DNA of 64,000 bases. Origin: the human T2T-CHM13v2.0 reference genome, Homo sapiens. The stretch lies in NCBI RefSeq assembly GCF_009914755.1, contig NC_060927.1; one strand, 5' to 3'. The translations under genes and the position numbers were made by a program. The notes under the pieces are model-generated. The model was not told where the DNA came from, did not search any database, and saw only the letters and a program-made list of their open reading frames with translations. This document shows, piece by piece, positions 43,265 through 53,541 of the stretch (its first letter is position 1; each line of letters begins with the position of its first letter).

Positions 43265-43612
43265 TGTGTATCAACATATCTTACACAAACCTAGTGCCTG
43301 TATCTAGCTGGGTGTTATTTAAGGTGAATTTGACGGGATAGAGAGGGGGAAATAAACCACTGTCTTCAAATAGGACTTCAGGAAACCAACAAGAAGGAAC
43401 ACAAGAAAAGGGGAATGGTGGGAACTAATACTGATTGAGCGCCTACTGTGTCTGGCACAGCGAGGCGCTGTACCTTCATTATTTCATTTGGTGGTCTTGT
43501 TTTCTTTTTCCTTTCCCCACATATTCTGCCCACCTCTGTCTTCTTAGGGCAATGAGTGTAATTTTTTCCCTTTCTGACTTTTTTCTTTTGTTCCCCAGGA
43601 TCAAAGACAGGG

Positions 43613-43615
<3 letters not shown>

Positions 43616-43667
<52 letters not shown>
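43616..43667. repeat. (AT)26 microsatellite in the SHOX2 3'UTR
   Basis: Perfect dinucleotide run, counted by hand. Confidence 0.95.
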
Positions 43668-43670
<3 letters not shown>

Positions 43671-44439
43671 GCAAATATATGATATATATATGTGGATATA
43701 TATATATCAATTTCCAGATACTTTTGGTATTGTTTTTCATAGTGAAGATGAAAATGGAGTGAGTGCATGGGAGATAAGGGGGTGGGAGGAGACACACCAT
43801 CAATGGAATACAAGTAACATGCAAACCGGAATTTACTGTCAGCAGTCCAGACAGTTTTGCCATAATAATTTCTCAGAGAAATCATTGTCTGTGGCATTTT
43901 TTTGTGTTAATATTATTTTTCTCTCTCCTCGTTTTAATATTTTCTCTTTTCTTGCTCTTCCATACATGGTGGGTTTAAACTCAAAGCATCTGATTCAACG
44001 TAAAAGGAGGCCCGCCTCTCTCATCAAATTTCTCGTATTAACGTGAACTTCGCAGAAAAAGGTCAGTTTCAAAACCTGTGAACTTCCCAGCTGCGCACTT
44101 TTTTCATCTTAGTTTTTTAAATAAGTATACCTCTTCTTTCTGCTTTGCCTTCTTAGCGCATTTTTTAAAACACACATTTAAGTTGGTAACTCCCCCCAGT
44201 CTCTCGAGAATCGTCTGGGTTGTTTTTCCATATTTTTAAATGTATAAAATACTTTAATTTTAAAATTTGTTTTTGCTCCTTGGTTCTCCAATTTCAGCTT
44301 CTGCCAAATAGCAGTTAAGAAATAAGTTTCCTTCCTCTTTTTCTCTCCCGTTTGTCTTTCGATTTTTTTGTTTGCTCATTTTTTCATTGTTAACAAGATT
44401 TTTTTTTCTGTGCAAGAGTCCATCGTTGTAGCTTTGCGG

Positions 44440-45050
44440 TGAGCCAAACTCCGCGGTTCCAGCACTCCCCTGTCCAGTCTCTCTCCAGACTCCCCCAAAC
44501 CCGCTCCTACAAAACCCAATTCTAGGCCCTCGAGTAGGAAAACGGGCAGGAGCCACGGAGCCTGCGTGCCTCGTGAGATCCCTGGTCCTGCGTGGAGTCT
44601 GGCTTTCCGAGTCCAAGATGCGATAGGGGACGAGGGATGGTCAGTGAGGCGGGAAGAGGGCCGGCTCCCGAGGTCTCAAAGGGGTAACGGAGAAGCAGCG
44701 GGGCGCGGAGGGCGTGCAGGCTGAGTGCCGCGGGACGGGCGCGACATTGGTGCTGGCGTTGGCGTCACAGACCCAGGGCTGCGGCGTGCTTTTTGGCTTT
44801 CAGTCTGAGATCGGCGATGCTGGAGTTCTTGCTGGTGGTCTTGGCGGCTGCTGCGGCCGCCACTACCGAGGCGGCGGAAGCCGAATCCGCGGCCAGCGTG
44901 GCGAGCGGCAGTCCGAAGGGCGGTGCTGGGAACATCATGTAGGGCGCGTGCGCGGCCAGGTGCGGATGCAGGTGGTGGTGCGCGTGCGCCACAGCGCTGT
45001 CCAGCTGCAGCTGCGCCTGAACCTGAAAGGACAAGGGCGTCACGTTGCAA
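44440..45050. promoter_or_regulatory. CpG island over the last SHOX2 exon
   Basis: Dense CpG in exon 5 and the proximal 3'UTR. Confidence 0.8.
44732..44738 (-). promoter_or_regulatory. miR-92b-5p seed match (CCGUCCC) spanning 3'UTR *27-*33
   Basis: Plus strand gggacggg matches miR-92b-5p nt 2-9; *28 (44737) is C on the mRNA strand. Confidence 0.65.
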
Positions 45051-45058
45051 TGACTATC
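44765..45058 (-). CDS. SHOX2: SHOX2 coding exon 5 (His-rich, poly-Ala, OAR domain [13 protein letters not shown], stop TGA); alternative acceptor at 45022 removes [12 protein letters not shown]
   Basis: CCCTAG| at 45058 and TTTCAG| at 45022, 36 nt apart and in frame; total CDS 346+209+58+89+294 = 996 nt = 331 aa plus stop. Confidence 0.97.
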
Positions 45059-45502
45059 CTAGGGTGACAACAGAATAGAAACAGAGCATTAACGGCGTCC
45101 AGCTTGGCCAGAGAGAGAGTTGGGTTGTGTTTGGGCACGGGGAGAGGGCATTTGGCTGTGCATCTTGTTCCGACAGTGACCTTCTCAGCCTGTTGCTGAA
45201 TCTGGGGTTCCACATGGATACTCCAGTGTCCCCTGGGTCTCCGAAACTCGCTTAGGGTAGGCTTATTTCCCCGGACCCCGGGAACCCCCTTCTGCAGGAA
45301 TGTGGCCGTCTCCCCTGGGAACTGGGCTGAAATGGTATATTGGAAAGACTGCGGGTGAGGACCCTTACCCTCTTCTCTTGATGCAGCCATGCATCTCTTA
45401 CCCCACTACCAAAACAACGGAGTATCAACAAGCAAACTACGCAACTTTTTAATGTCATTCAGGGAAGTTACTCCATCTTCACCACAATAGGCACAATTGT
45501 GA

Positions 45503-45668
45503 GTCGGTACTTCTAACCTTTATTGCCATAACAATTACCCAGGGATCTCGTTAAAATTCAGATTCTGATTCGCAAGGTCTAGGTTGGGGCCTGAGATTCT
45601 GAATTTCTAACAATCTCCCAGACGGTGTTGTTGCTGCTGGCCCAAAGATTACCTTTTGAGTAGTAAAG
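45503..45668. mobile_element. MER5-family (hAT-Charlie) MITE in SHOX2 intron 4
   Basis: gttaaaattcagattctgattc...ggggcctgagattctgaatttctaacaa...gctgctggccca signature. Confidence 0.75.
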
Positions 45669-46597
45669 GTCTCCTTTTAAAGTCACCCCTCCCTCTTTCT
45701 TCAGTCATTCTCTCTTGTTTCCAAAGCCAAGCATCAGGATGCCAGAGTCCTGTGGCACCAAGAGAGCTAAGATCTCCCTAACACCGACTCTCAATTCATG
45801 GTCACACCTATCTGTCTCCCCGGTCCAAGTCACTGGAGACTGAGAGCTAATTCATGACATCACAGCCATGCCAAGCAGGGGTCCTGGCTGAGGATAGGGA
45901 AGGTCAGACACTGGTTGGGAAAGGATTTCGCCCTCAGGCTTGGAAAGTGGGGAGTTCAGAGCACTGGGATTTCCCAGGATTAAATCATTGCTGCAGGCTG
46001 TCCTTTTAAAATGTACTCTTAAAGGTTTCTTTATGGCTAAGGGATTGCAAAGGCAGGGCAGCCCTGGGAAGACCAAGACTTCTCTCTTTACCAGAGATGA
46101 AGCTTTGTTTGCAGAAACAGATTTAAAAACAAAAGAACGAAAAAACAAAAGTATGAGCTGGGAGTACTTGTGTTTATTTTTCTTCTGTCAGAGTTATTTA
46201 ATGTGACTAAGAGGTAGAAAATACCTAGAAAAGTATCTAGAGGGTTGCCTTAGAAATACCTTAGGACTAACCTCTGTATTGGATTTGACAAAATCTTAAT
46301 CAAAAGGCTTTTCCTTCCTCTCTCTCTAAGGGCAATCTTTAGTGTATTTTTAAAGGACCAGTTACTGCCCCCAGGCCCCTTAACGGGTTCCCATGAGGAC
46401 AGAAGGGACTAGGCATTCAGGCCTTTAATACCGTATAGGTTTTTAAAGGGTAGTGGGTCCACTATGTCATCTCAAAATGATTCTCCAACTATGCAGACAT
46501 TGACATCTGGGCTCAGAGACAGGTGATGTTCAACAGTTCAAGCAAACATTCAGGTATTTTCATATTTAAAAACAGCTTGAAACTAGGCTGTACTTGC

Positions 46598-46686
46598 CTG
46601 CTGAAATGGCATCCTTAAAGCACCTACGTTGACATAAGGTGCGACTCTACAAGCTTCAAACTGGCTGGCGGCCCCTATGAGAACAC
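46598..46686 (-). CDS. SHOX2: SHOX2 coding exon 4 ([30 protein letters not shown])
   Basis: TTTACAG| acceptor; 89 nt; ends CAG|GCAAGT (GC donor); cumulative length 702 nt = 234 codons. Confidence 0.95.
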
Positions 46687-46991
46687 CTGTAAAAAGTACA
46701 AGAGAAAAATAATGTGAGGTTAACGTTTGTAGCATTTTTCAGGGTTCCAAAGGGTACAAGACAGAACGAATTCCTTTGAAAATGGACTATTATCTTTCTA
46801 AACTGCATCCAAAATTTAAATAAATGTAACTTACTCCCAAACTTTAGGACTCCATTAACAGCCTTTGAAGATTATTAAGTCAAGAACTATTGTCATTTTT
46901 GAGGTTCCTTTTTTTCTGTCATTGTAATAGTAATATTCACTACTTCTCTCTTTGCTCAGACTATCAAATGTTCCTTGTATAAGAAGCATAC

Positions 46992-47049
46992 CTTTATGGA
47001 GTTGATTTTCTTGTTTTCTACATTTAGCTCTTCGATTTTGAAACCAAAC
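46992..47049 (-). CDS. SHOX2: SHOX2 coding exon 3 ([19 protein letters not shown], recognition helix, Q50)
   Basis: Hand translation; CTATAG| acceptor, AAG|GTATG donor, 58 nt; WFQNRR motif. Confidence 0.97.
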
Positions 47050-49399
47050 CTATAGGTTGGAGGGGGAAAAAAAATAAAACCTAGATGTTATGACTAAAAA
47101 TTTTTTTAAATTACAAAAGTACAAAGAGAAAAGAGTCGTGGTTTAGACAAGAATTGGGAGATACAGCAAGCAATCTTTGAATTGTATAAAACAGCCTCAA
47201 ATTCCAAAGTTAAACATGTAAATTAACTACAGAAATAGAAAGATAGATTTTATAGACTTTCACAAGATAGATTACTATTAGTCCTGATTTCATCTTGTCA
47301 CATAACAGAGTCCCCATGGCCTAAAACTCTGCTTGGTACCTGATACCAACATGATAATGGTTTAGATATTTGCCCAGTTAAGACCTGAGAAGAATGTGTT
47401 CATTAATAGCCTGTAATGTTAATTAGCTTCATCTTAAAGAAAAACCAAACACCAGAGCAAATAATGACTCCTTTGCGGAGAAGGAGTTGTAAGGGTTGGG
47501 GAGAGGTAATTAGTGTCATAAAAGCCTCACTACAAAGAAGTTTAGAATTTCTCTGTTCTGCTGTGCAGCAGAGTGAAACACAGTAGCAGAATAATTGTGC
47601 ACCATTATCATGATAATCTAATTTGCTTCTTTAGAAAAAGCCACTGTTTGCAGTTAGGATAGTAGGAAAACATCTAGAAAATAACTAAAATGTAAATAAA
47701 AGTATGAAACAACAATAAAGTTCACTTCTTAAGAGAAAAAAAGAAGAGCACTCAGCGAAAGGAGAATGAAGTATATATAAAGCAAGTAACTCTTAGGTAC
47801 TTTGTTCTCCTGGATGTTACCTGCTTAAACTTGACAACTTTTACAGGCAGTATGACAGATTTTTTAAAATTCAAATAAAGCTTGCTTTTGTATTCCACTT
47901 TCAATAATAAAGCATATTGATTGACTCACAAATTAAAGTTTTTAAAACCCCATTAAAGTAAAAATACTGCTTCAGAGCTTTCATTGGTATGTTTTTGAAA
48001 GCAAGTGTCATAGTCAATGTAAATCTTCAAAAATTTCTCTGCTATTTAGTACAACAGAGGGTGGATTTTGTGCCAGGGTGGCATCCTTTGTGTAATTCAC
48101 ATGGCCTGAGGCTTCTTGCCTTTTTTTCCCCTAGAAGAGTTGGAATTAAGATACTAATAATCATAACTGTAATAATTATCATCATGTTTTTAAGGGGTTG
48201 CTGAGCCTCTGGAGATCTCAGTGCACAGAGCGAAGCAGGAGAGGCTTAAAAAGGAAGGCTCTGCTGCTGATGCTGTGATGACCAAGGCAGCCTATTATTA
48301 CTTTTCCTCTTCAACGTGACTGCTCTGATTTTTTTTTCCTGATCCCGTTACAAGATGTGGGGAAGCCCCTTAAGAATTGTGCATAGTTCGCTACAGATGG
48401 TGGTCTCTGTGCCCAGAGACCGAAAGAGTATCTGTTACAGCGATACTTTGTAACAGCTGCAGATGTGCGGGCCTAAAACTGCTCCATGTGTTCAAACCAA
48501 TAATAACTATCATTTTATTCTATTTTATTATTTGAGCGGAAATACAATCTGAAACATTTAAATTTGTTCCCCCTAAAGCTAGAAGGATATGTGTATGTGA
48601 ATGTACACAATTTGCTCCTTTAAATGCCCCCAAAGCCTATTTTTGCTATTACATTTGCCTCCACAACCAATAAAGAAAATCTGTTTCAGTCCTAACTTCA
48701 TTGGGTATGGCACGTGCTGGAGGGCAGGCTTTGGAAATATAAATACTAATATATGTGGTTTGTTTTAAAATCTAATGTATTTAGGGTCAGTTTCGTTGCC
48801 TTGGTTAAATGAATGAACAAAGAGTGACCAAAATGCGTTTATTTCTCCGCTATTTCACACACAGTTTGAGATCGACCGCTAACAGCAGACTGTAAATTTC
48901 TGCACTTAACAGTTACTAATTTTCTTTATAGTCTGCACATCTATAAACCTAATTGGGATATCCGCTTGACAAACCTAGACCCTGCAGAGCAGACTTTCAA
49001 GGAAATCCAACTCCAGAGAACAAAATACTCTTTGGAACTTTTAAGGCATCCAGAGATAAAACGTTTTCTGTGGGATTTTTTTTTAAGCCTTATAAAAGTA
49101 GGCCCATTAGGATTAAACCACATTAAAGCCAGTGCGAGGCAAGGGGGGTGTGGTTTATAGAAACTCTGGGAGAAAGCCCAGCACAGCTTTCTTCTTCTGG
49201 GAACATATGTTAGGATGGAAAAAAAAAAAAAGGAGGGGAGTGCTATAGGACTAAGATCTACTTTGGAAAATAAGACCTCTAGTAAAGATATCTCTTTCCT
49301 TCTCATCTTACACCAGACACTAGAAGCACCACCTCCCGAGTGTGTCCCCCAAGCCTCTTTCCAACCCCAGGTTCTCTCTGCTCCCTGGGCCCTCGACCT

Positions 49400-50540
49400 C
49401 CTGGCAGCTGGGTACCTGCACTCGGGCCTCCGACAGGCCCAGTCGCTGGCTCAGTTCCTCTCGCATGAAGGCGTCGGGATAGTGGGTCTCGTCAAAAAGC
49501 CTCTCCAGCTCATTGAGTTGTTCCAGGGTGAAATTGGTCCGACTTCGCCTCTGCTTGATTTTGGTCTGGCCTTCGTCCTCCATCCCTTTCGCATCCTCTT
49601 TGCGATCTTTCAGCTCCGGGGACACTGGAGGGGGCACCCCAGCGGGGCCACACGTGCATCCACACGAACACACACACACACGCACACACACACGGACGAA
49701 AACAGCACAGCAAATCCTGTTACCAGATTTGTCGCAAAAAAGAATAGAGAATCCTTCCCCCTCGTGGAATCCTGGTCCGGCTTCTCAACCCACCCGGAGG
49801 AAGAATATCCCGGAGAAGCGCAAAGGTCAAGTCTGAGCGGCCGCCTGGGGCAAGGTGGGCAGTCATCCACCACCTCCTTCACAAACGTACCTCGACTCAC
49901 CGCCTCACTATTCACCCCCCAGTCACCGGCCTTCCCCAGCAAACACCAAATGCTTTCCACTCACTTTCGCACTCACTTGCTCCGCAGCACTCACAGAAAT
50001 CAAAGGCGCAGCGCCAGGCCTCTCACAGAGCAAAGTCTGGACATAAGGGCGCGGCAAGGCCACCCACTGGCCTCTCACACCGGCCATTCCCAGAAGGCTG
50101 GCTCGTTCTCAGGCCAGCTCTCACCACCGCTGGCTCTCTGCCTACCGCAAACTTGCTGGTCTAATTTAGGAACAATTGGGCCGAAAGGTATCAGCGAGAG
50201 CAACAGACCCCGGTGTTGTGCCGCACAGGGAGCCGCATCCGCAGACGCCCCTCGCTGCCCCTGGGCTCGGGCCAAACCCTGCATAAGGTCCCCTGGACAG
50301 CCAGGTAATCTCCGTCCCGCCTGCCCGACCGGGGTCGCACGAGCACAGGCGCCCACGCCATGTTGGCCGCCCAAAGGGCTCGCCGCCCAAGCCGGGCCAG
50401 AAGGCAGGAGGCGGAAAACCAGCCTCCGGTGGCGGGCGAAAGCAACCGCTCTTTCTGTTCTCTCTTCGCCCTCCCTCGTGGAAACGCAGACTCGACCCTA
50501 AACGCTTAACCCACAGAGATCAACAGGTTCAAGCGGAATA
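49400..50540. promoter_or_regulatory. CpG island over SHOX2 exon 2 / intron 1; includes the segment (about 50288-50411) recalled as the SHOX2 lung-cancer methylation assay amplicon
   Basis: CpG-dense; the assay identification is from memory of bisulfite primer sequences and is unverified. Confidence 0.7.
49416..49624 (-). CDS. SHOX2: SHOX2 coding exon 2 (homeodomain helices 1-2 and start of helix 3: [46 protein letters not shown])
   Basis: CCTCCAG| acceptor, CAG|GTACC donor, 209 nt; paired-like homeodomain visible in ORF 49320..49691. Confidence 0.98.
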
Positions 50541-51795
50541 TTCGCGATCCTCGGTTTCTATTGGTTGCTCAAAGCCTTTTCATGCAACCAGCAGCTCGGA
50601 TGTTTAATAAAATATGAATTTTTCTGCTCTGGGTTTGCACACATCCGTTGCCACTTTCCTGTCCTTCTCCTCCCTTTAAAAACAGGAGCTCTTCTAGTGT
50701 GAGCATATACAGCCACCATATATATATCCCCCTGGAACCTTTATCCTCTGCGCCCGAATCAGAGACTCCGGGTTTTAAGAAGTCAAAGCTGAGTTTAGAT
50801 AGTCGAGGCTGTTTGCAGTTCTTCCCAGCGCAGGATCCAGGCCAGCATGGGTGTTAAAAATCATTTCCGGAAGAGCCGGTCTGCAGAGAAATTAATACTT
50901 GCCCTGAGCTTGGAAATCAACAATCCCAGGAACTGCGCCCGCCGGGGGTTCAGACCTGAACCTCGCCGTCAGGCGCGCTGGCGAACCTGTAGTTCGGGCC
51001 TGTAGTTGTGGACTCATGGCCGGGAGGCTGCACTGGGCACCTTGACGGTAACTCCACCACTTTACAAATTTAGGAAGACCTGGTGCTGGTTTGGAGGAAG
51101 AAGAGTCGCTAGATCTCGGCCCTGCCGGGCATTCTAGCTACGGTGATCTTAAATATTGCCGTATTTTCTAGTTCTCAGAGTTAGTTTTGTGGACATTTGT
51201 CCTTTCTTTAGGAAGGAACATTATAGTAAACATTATGGGCCAATTTAATAGCAAAGTATTTTTACTGATATTGTATTGAAATTTAAATATGAAAACACAC
51301 CCTTCAAATTCTGCCAATGAGGTGGGAAGGCTTTGTCTATTACATGTCATCTACACAGTGGATGCCACTCAAAGTTTTGGGGCTTCGAGGAGATGTCCAA
51401 ATTTCAAGTTGATCCATAGACTTAATAAAATCTCTATTTTTGTCCCCAAATTTCCAATTACTGATCTAAACAGGAACAGACCGTGTCATAAACAACTTAA
51501 TTGCTTGCTTAAATATGTGATTCCACGCATGCCACATATTTTCTTAATTGGAAAAATATGGCAGTACACCAGTTACTGCAGGCACCAAGTGCCAAATCAA
51601 TTTTATTGTTGAACTCCCTTGAATTGGTATAGAACGCTCTGCCATTGAGATAAAGACGTTTCCTAACACTGAGCTAGCACCAAAGGATTTTTGCTCTAAG
51701 AGAACCGAGTACTGGGTGATTGAAAACACTAAAGGAATTGTGTAAATATAGATCCCCACCTCCCCCGCCGCCCCCCCCCCCCGCCCCCAACACAC

Positions 51796-51867
51796 CAAGA
51801 AACCGAAACGCCTCGCCCGGGAGAAGCAGCGTAGCCTGGACCTCAGCTTTCGTTGGCTTCCTTCTAC
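51796..51867 (-). CDS. SHOX2: SHOX2 optional 72-nt cassette exon (adds GRRKPTKAEVQATLLLPGEAFRFL; 355-aa isoform)
   Basis: TTTCAAG| acceptor and TTG|GTGTGT donor; 72 nt, stop-free, phase 1/1 so the frame is preserved; peptide recognised from the long SHOX2 isoform. Confidence 0.85.
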
Positions 51868-52416
51868 CTTGAAAGAGAATGGGAAGTTTTGGCCCCTAAG
51901 ATCCAAAGATTCAGGGGCTCTGCGGAGTTCGAGGGGTCTTGGCGGCCCCAAACACCTAGGCGACCGGAGGGTTAAGCTTTCCACCTCTGCCCCTTCTCCC
52001 TCCCGGCAAACTCTGCGCTAGAGGCTAGCTTTAGTCCCGCCGTCTGGTCCAGCACCCCCTCCTGCAGCCCGGCCCCGCGAACTTCCACGTCCGCCTGCGG
52101 GCCATCCGGGCTGCGGGCCCATCCTCCCGCTGGTGAAAAATGCATTTCGGTGGAATGGGAACATCTGGGAAGGGCGCGCACAAACCCCACACGCTTCCCC
52201 CCACGCCACCCCCACAACACACTAGGACCCCACCCATGACCGAGCATACCACCGGACCCCCACCCTTCCACTATCACTCTAGCTGACAAAGCTGGGGTCC
52301 AGGGCCCTCTCCGTGTCCCTCTCCCCTCCCCGCTGGGCCTCGGAGTCCTCTCCCGCCCGAGAGGAGTCCGGAAGGCGGGAAGGGGAACCGCTGCCGGGGG
52401 TCAGTCAGGTCGTTAC

Positions 52417-52762
52417 CCTCCGTCAGTCGCGGGCTGCCCGGCTCCCTGCTTCTCTCGGCGGCGCCCATGTCCAGCTCCCGGACGGGAGAGCGCCCTCCTC
52501 CAGCTCCTCCGCCTGCTCCTCCTCCTCCTACACCTCCTCCGCCTCCTCCGCCGCCGCCTCCGCCTCCTCCGCCGCCGCCTCCGCCGGCCGCCCGGACTGC
52601 CGGGCTGCTGCGGTCGTCGCGGCCCGCCTCGGTGCAGCCGGTCGGCTCCTTGGCCCCGCGCAGCGGCCCGCTCTCCAGCACCTCCCGGTACGTGATCGCC
52701 TCCTTCTTCTCCTTCACTTTCTGGTCAAAAGACTTGGAGACGAACGCCGTAAGTTCTTCCAT
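52417..52762 (-). CDS. SHOX2: SHOX2 coding exon 1 ([15 protein letters not shown]...poly-Gly...SPRLTE)
   Basis: ATG at 52762 in GCG-ATG-G context; SHOX-family N-terminus; 346 nt ending GAG G|GTAAC donor, phase 1, matching exon 2. Confidence 0.97.
52532..52585 (-). repeat. Coding GGC/GGA repeat (Gly18)
   Basis: 18 consecutive Gly codons in exon 1. Confidence 0.9.
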
Positions 52763-52871
52763 CGCCGCCGCACGTCAGCCCGGCGCTCAACCTCTGCCAG
52801 CAGAGCCCCGCTCTTTTTTTCCTTCTTCTTTTTTTACTGCTCCAGCCCCCCCAATAATAACACATCAATGG

Positions 52872-53050
52872 GACAGGAGGTGGGGGAGGAGAGGGAGGAG
52901 GAGAAAGAAGAAGAAAAAGAGGAGAAGAAAGAAGAAAGAGGAGGAGAAGTAGAAGGAGAAAAAGAAGTAAGAAGAGGAGGAGGAGGAAGAAGAGGAAGAG
53001 GGGGAGAAGGGTGAAGAGGAGAGGGAGGAGGAGGAGGAGAAGAGAAGGGG
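52872..53050. repeat. Near-pure polypurine (GAA/GGA) tract at the SHOX2 5' end
   Basis: Read directly. Confidence 0.9.
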
Positions 53051-53309
53051 CGGGGGCCGCCGGAGGGAAATGGGAACTGATGCTTCCCTGCCGGAGCGCG
53101 CTTGTTCAATGTTAAGATCTTTGACAATTCTTCCTGCGGAGAGTTCAGATCTGATAGCGACGCTGCGCTTGAAGTCCCACTATTTATACTTCCTAACGGA
53201 CGGCGGCCTCTTGTTTTGAGTAAATTACCTCCCCTCGCAACTCGGAGTGAGCCCCCTTCCCGGGTAGCAGTCGCGCCTCTACCGGGGGTTGGGGAGGGGA
53301 AAAGGAGAG

Positions 53310-53313
<4 letters not shown>

Positions 53314-53374
<61 letters not shown>
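53314..53374. repeat. (GA)30 microsatellite in the SHOX2 promoter
   Basis: Read directly. Confidence 0.95.
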
Positions 53375-53379
<5 letters not shown>

Positions 53380-53541
53380 AGAGAGAGAGATTGGAGTTCG
53401 GGCGGGCTGGGGCTGGAGTGGTAGGGCAGCACAGGGGGACTGGAGGGGGCGGGGAGAGAAGGCCGGTCCCCGGCCGCTCAGGTTTTCAGATAGCCCCTGC
53501 CGCCTGTGCTCTTGGCCATTAATCCAGGATTGACAAGAATC

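Larger units (their letters stand above)
42700..44764 (-). other. SHOX2: SHOX2 3'UTR (approximately 2 kb; 3' end approximate)
   Basis: Follows the stop codon; repeat-free and AU-rich; candidate ATTAAA signals at 44258-44253 and 42704-42699; cleavage site cannot be determined by eye. Confidence 0.6.

Noticed and set aside
43378-44046. 161-203 aa ORFs with (YI)n
   Set aside because: Produced by the (AT)n microsatellite in the SHOX2 3'UTR.
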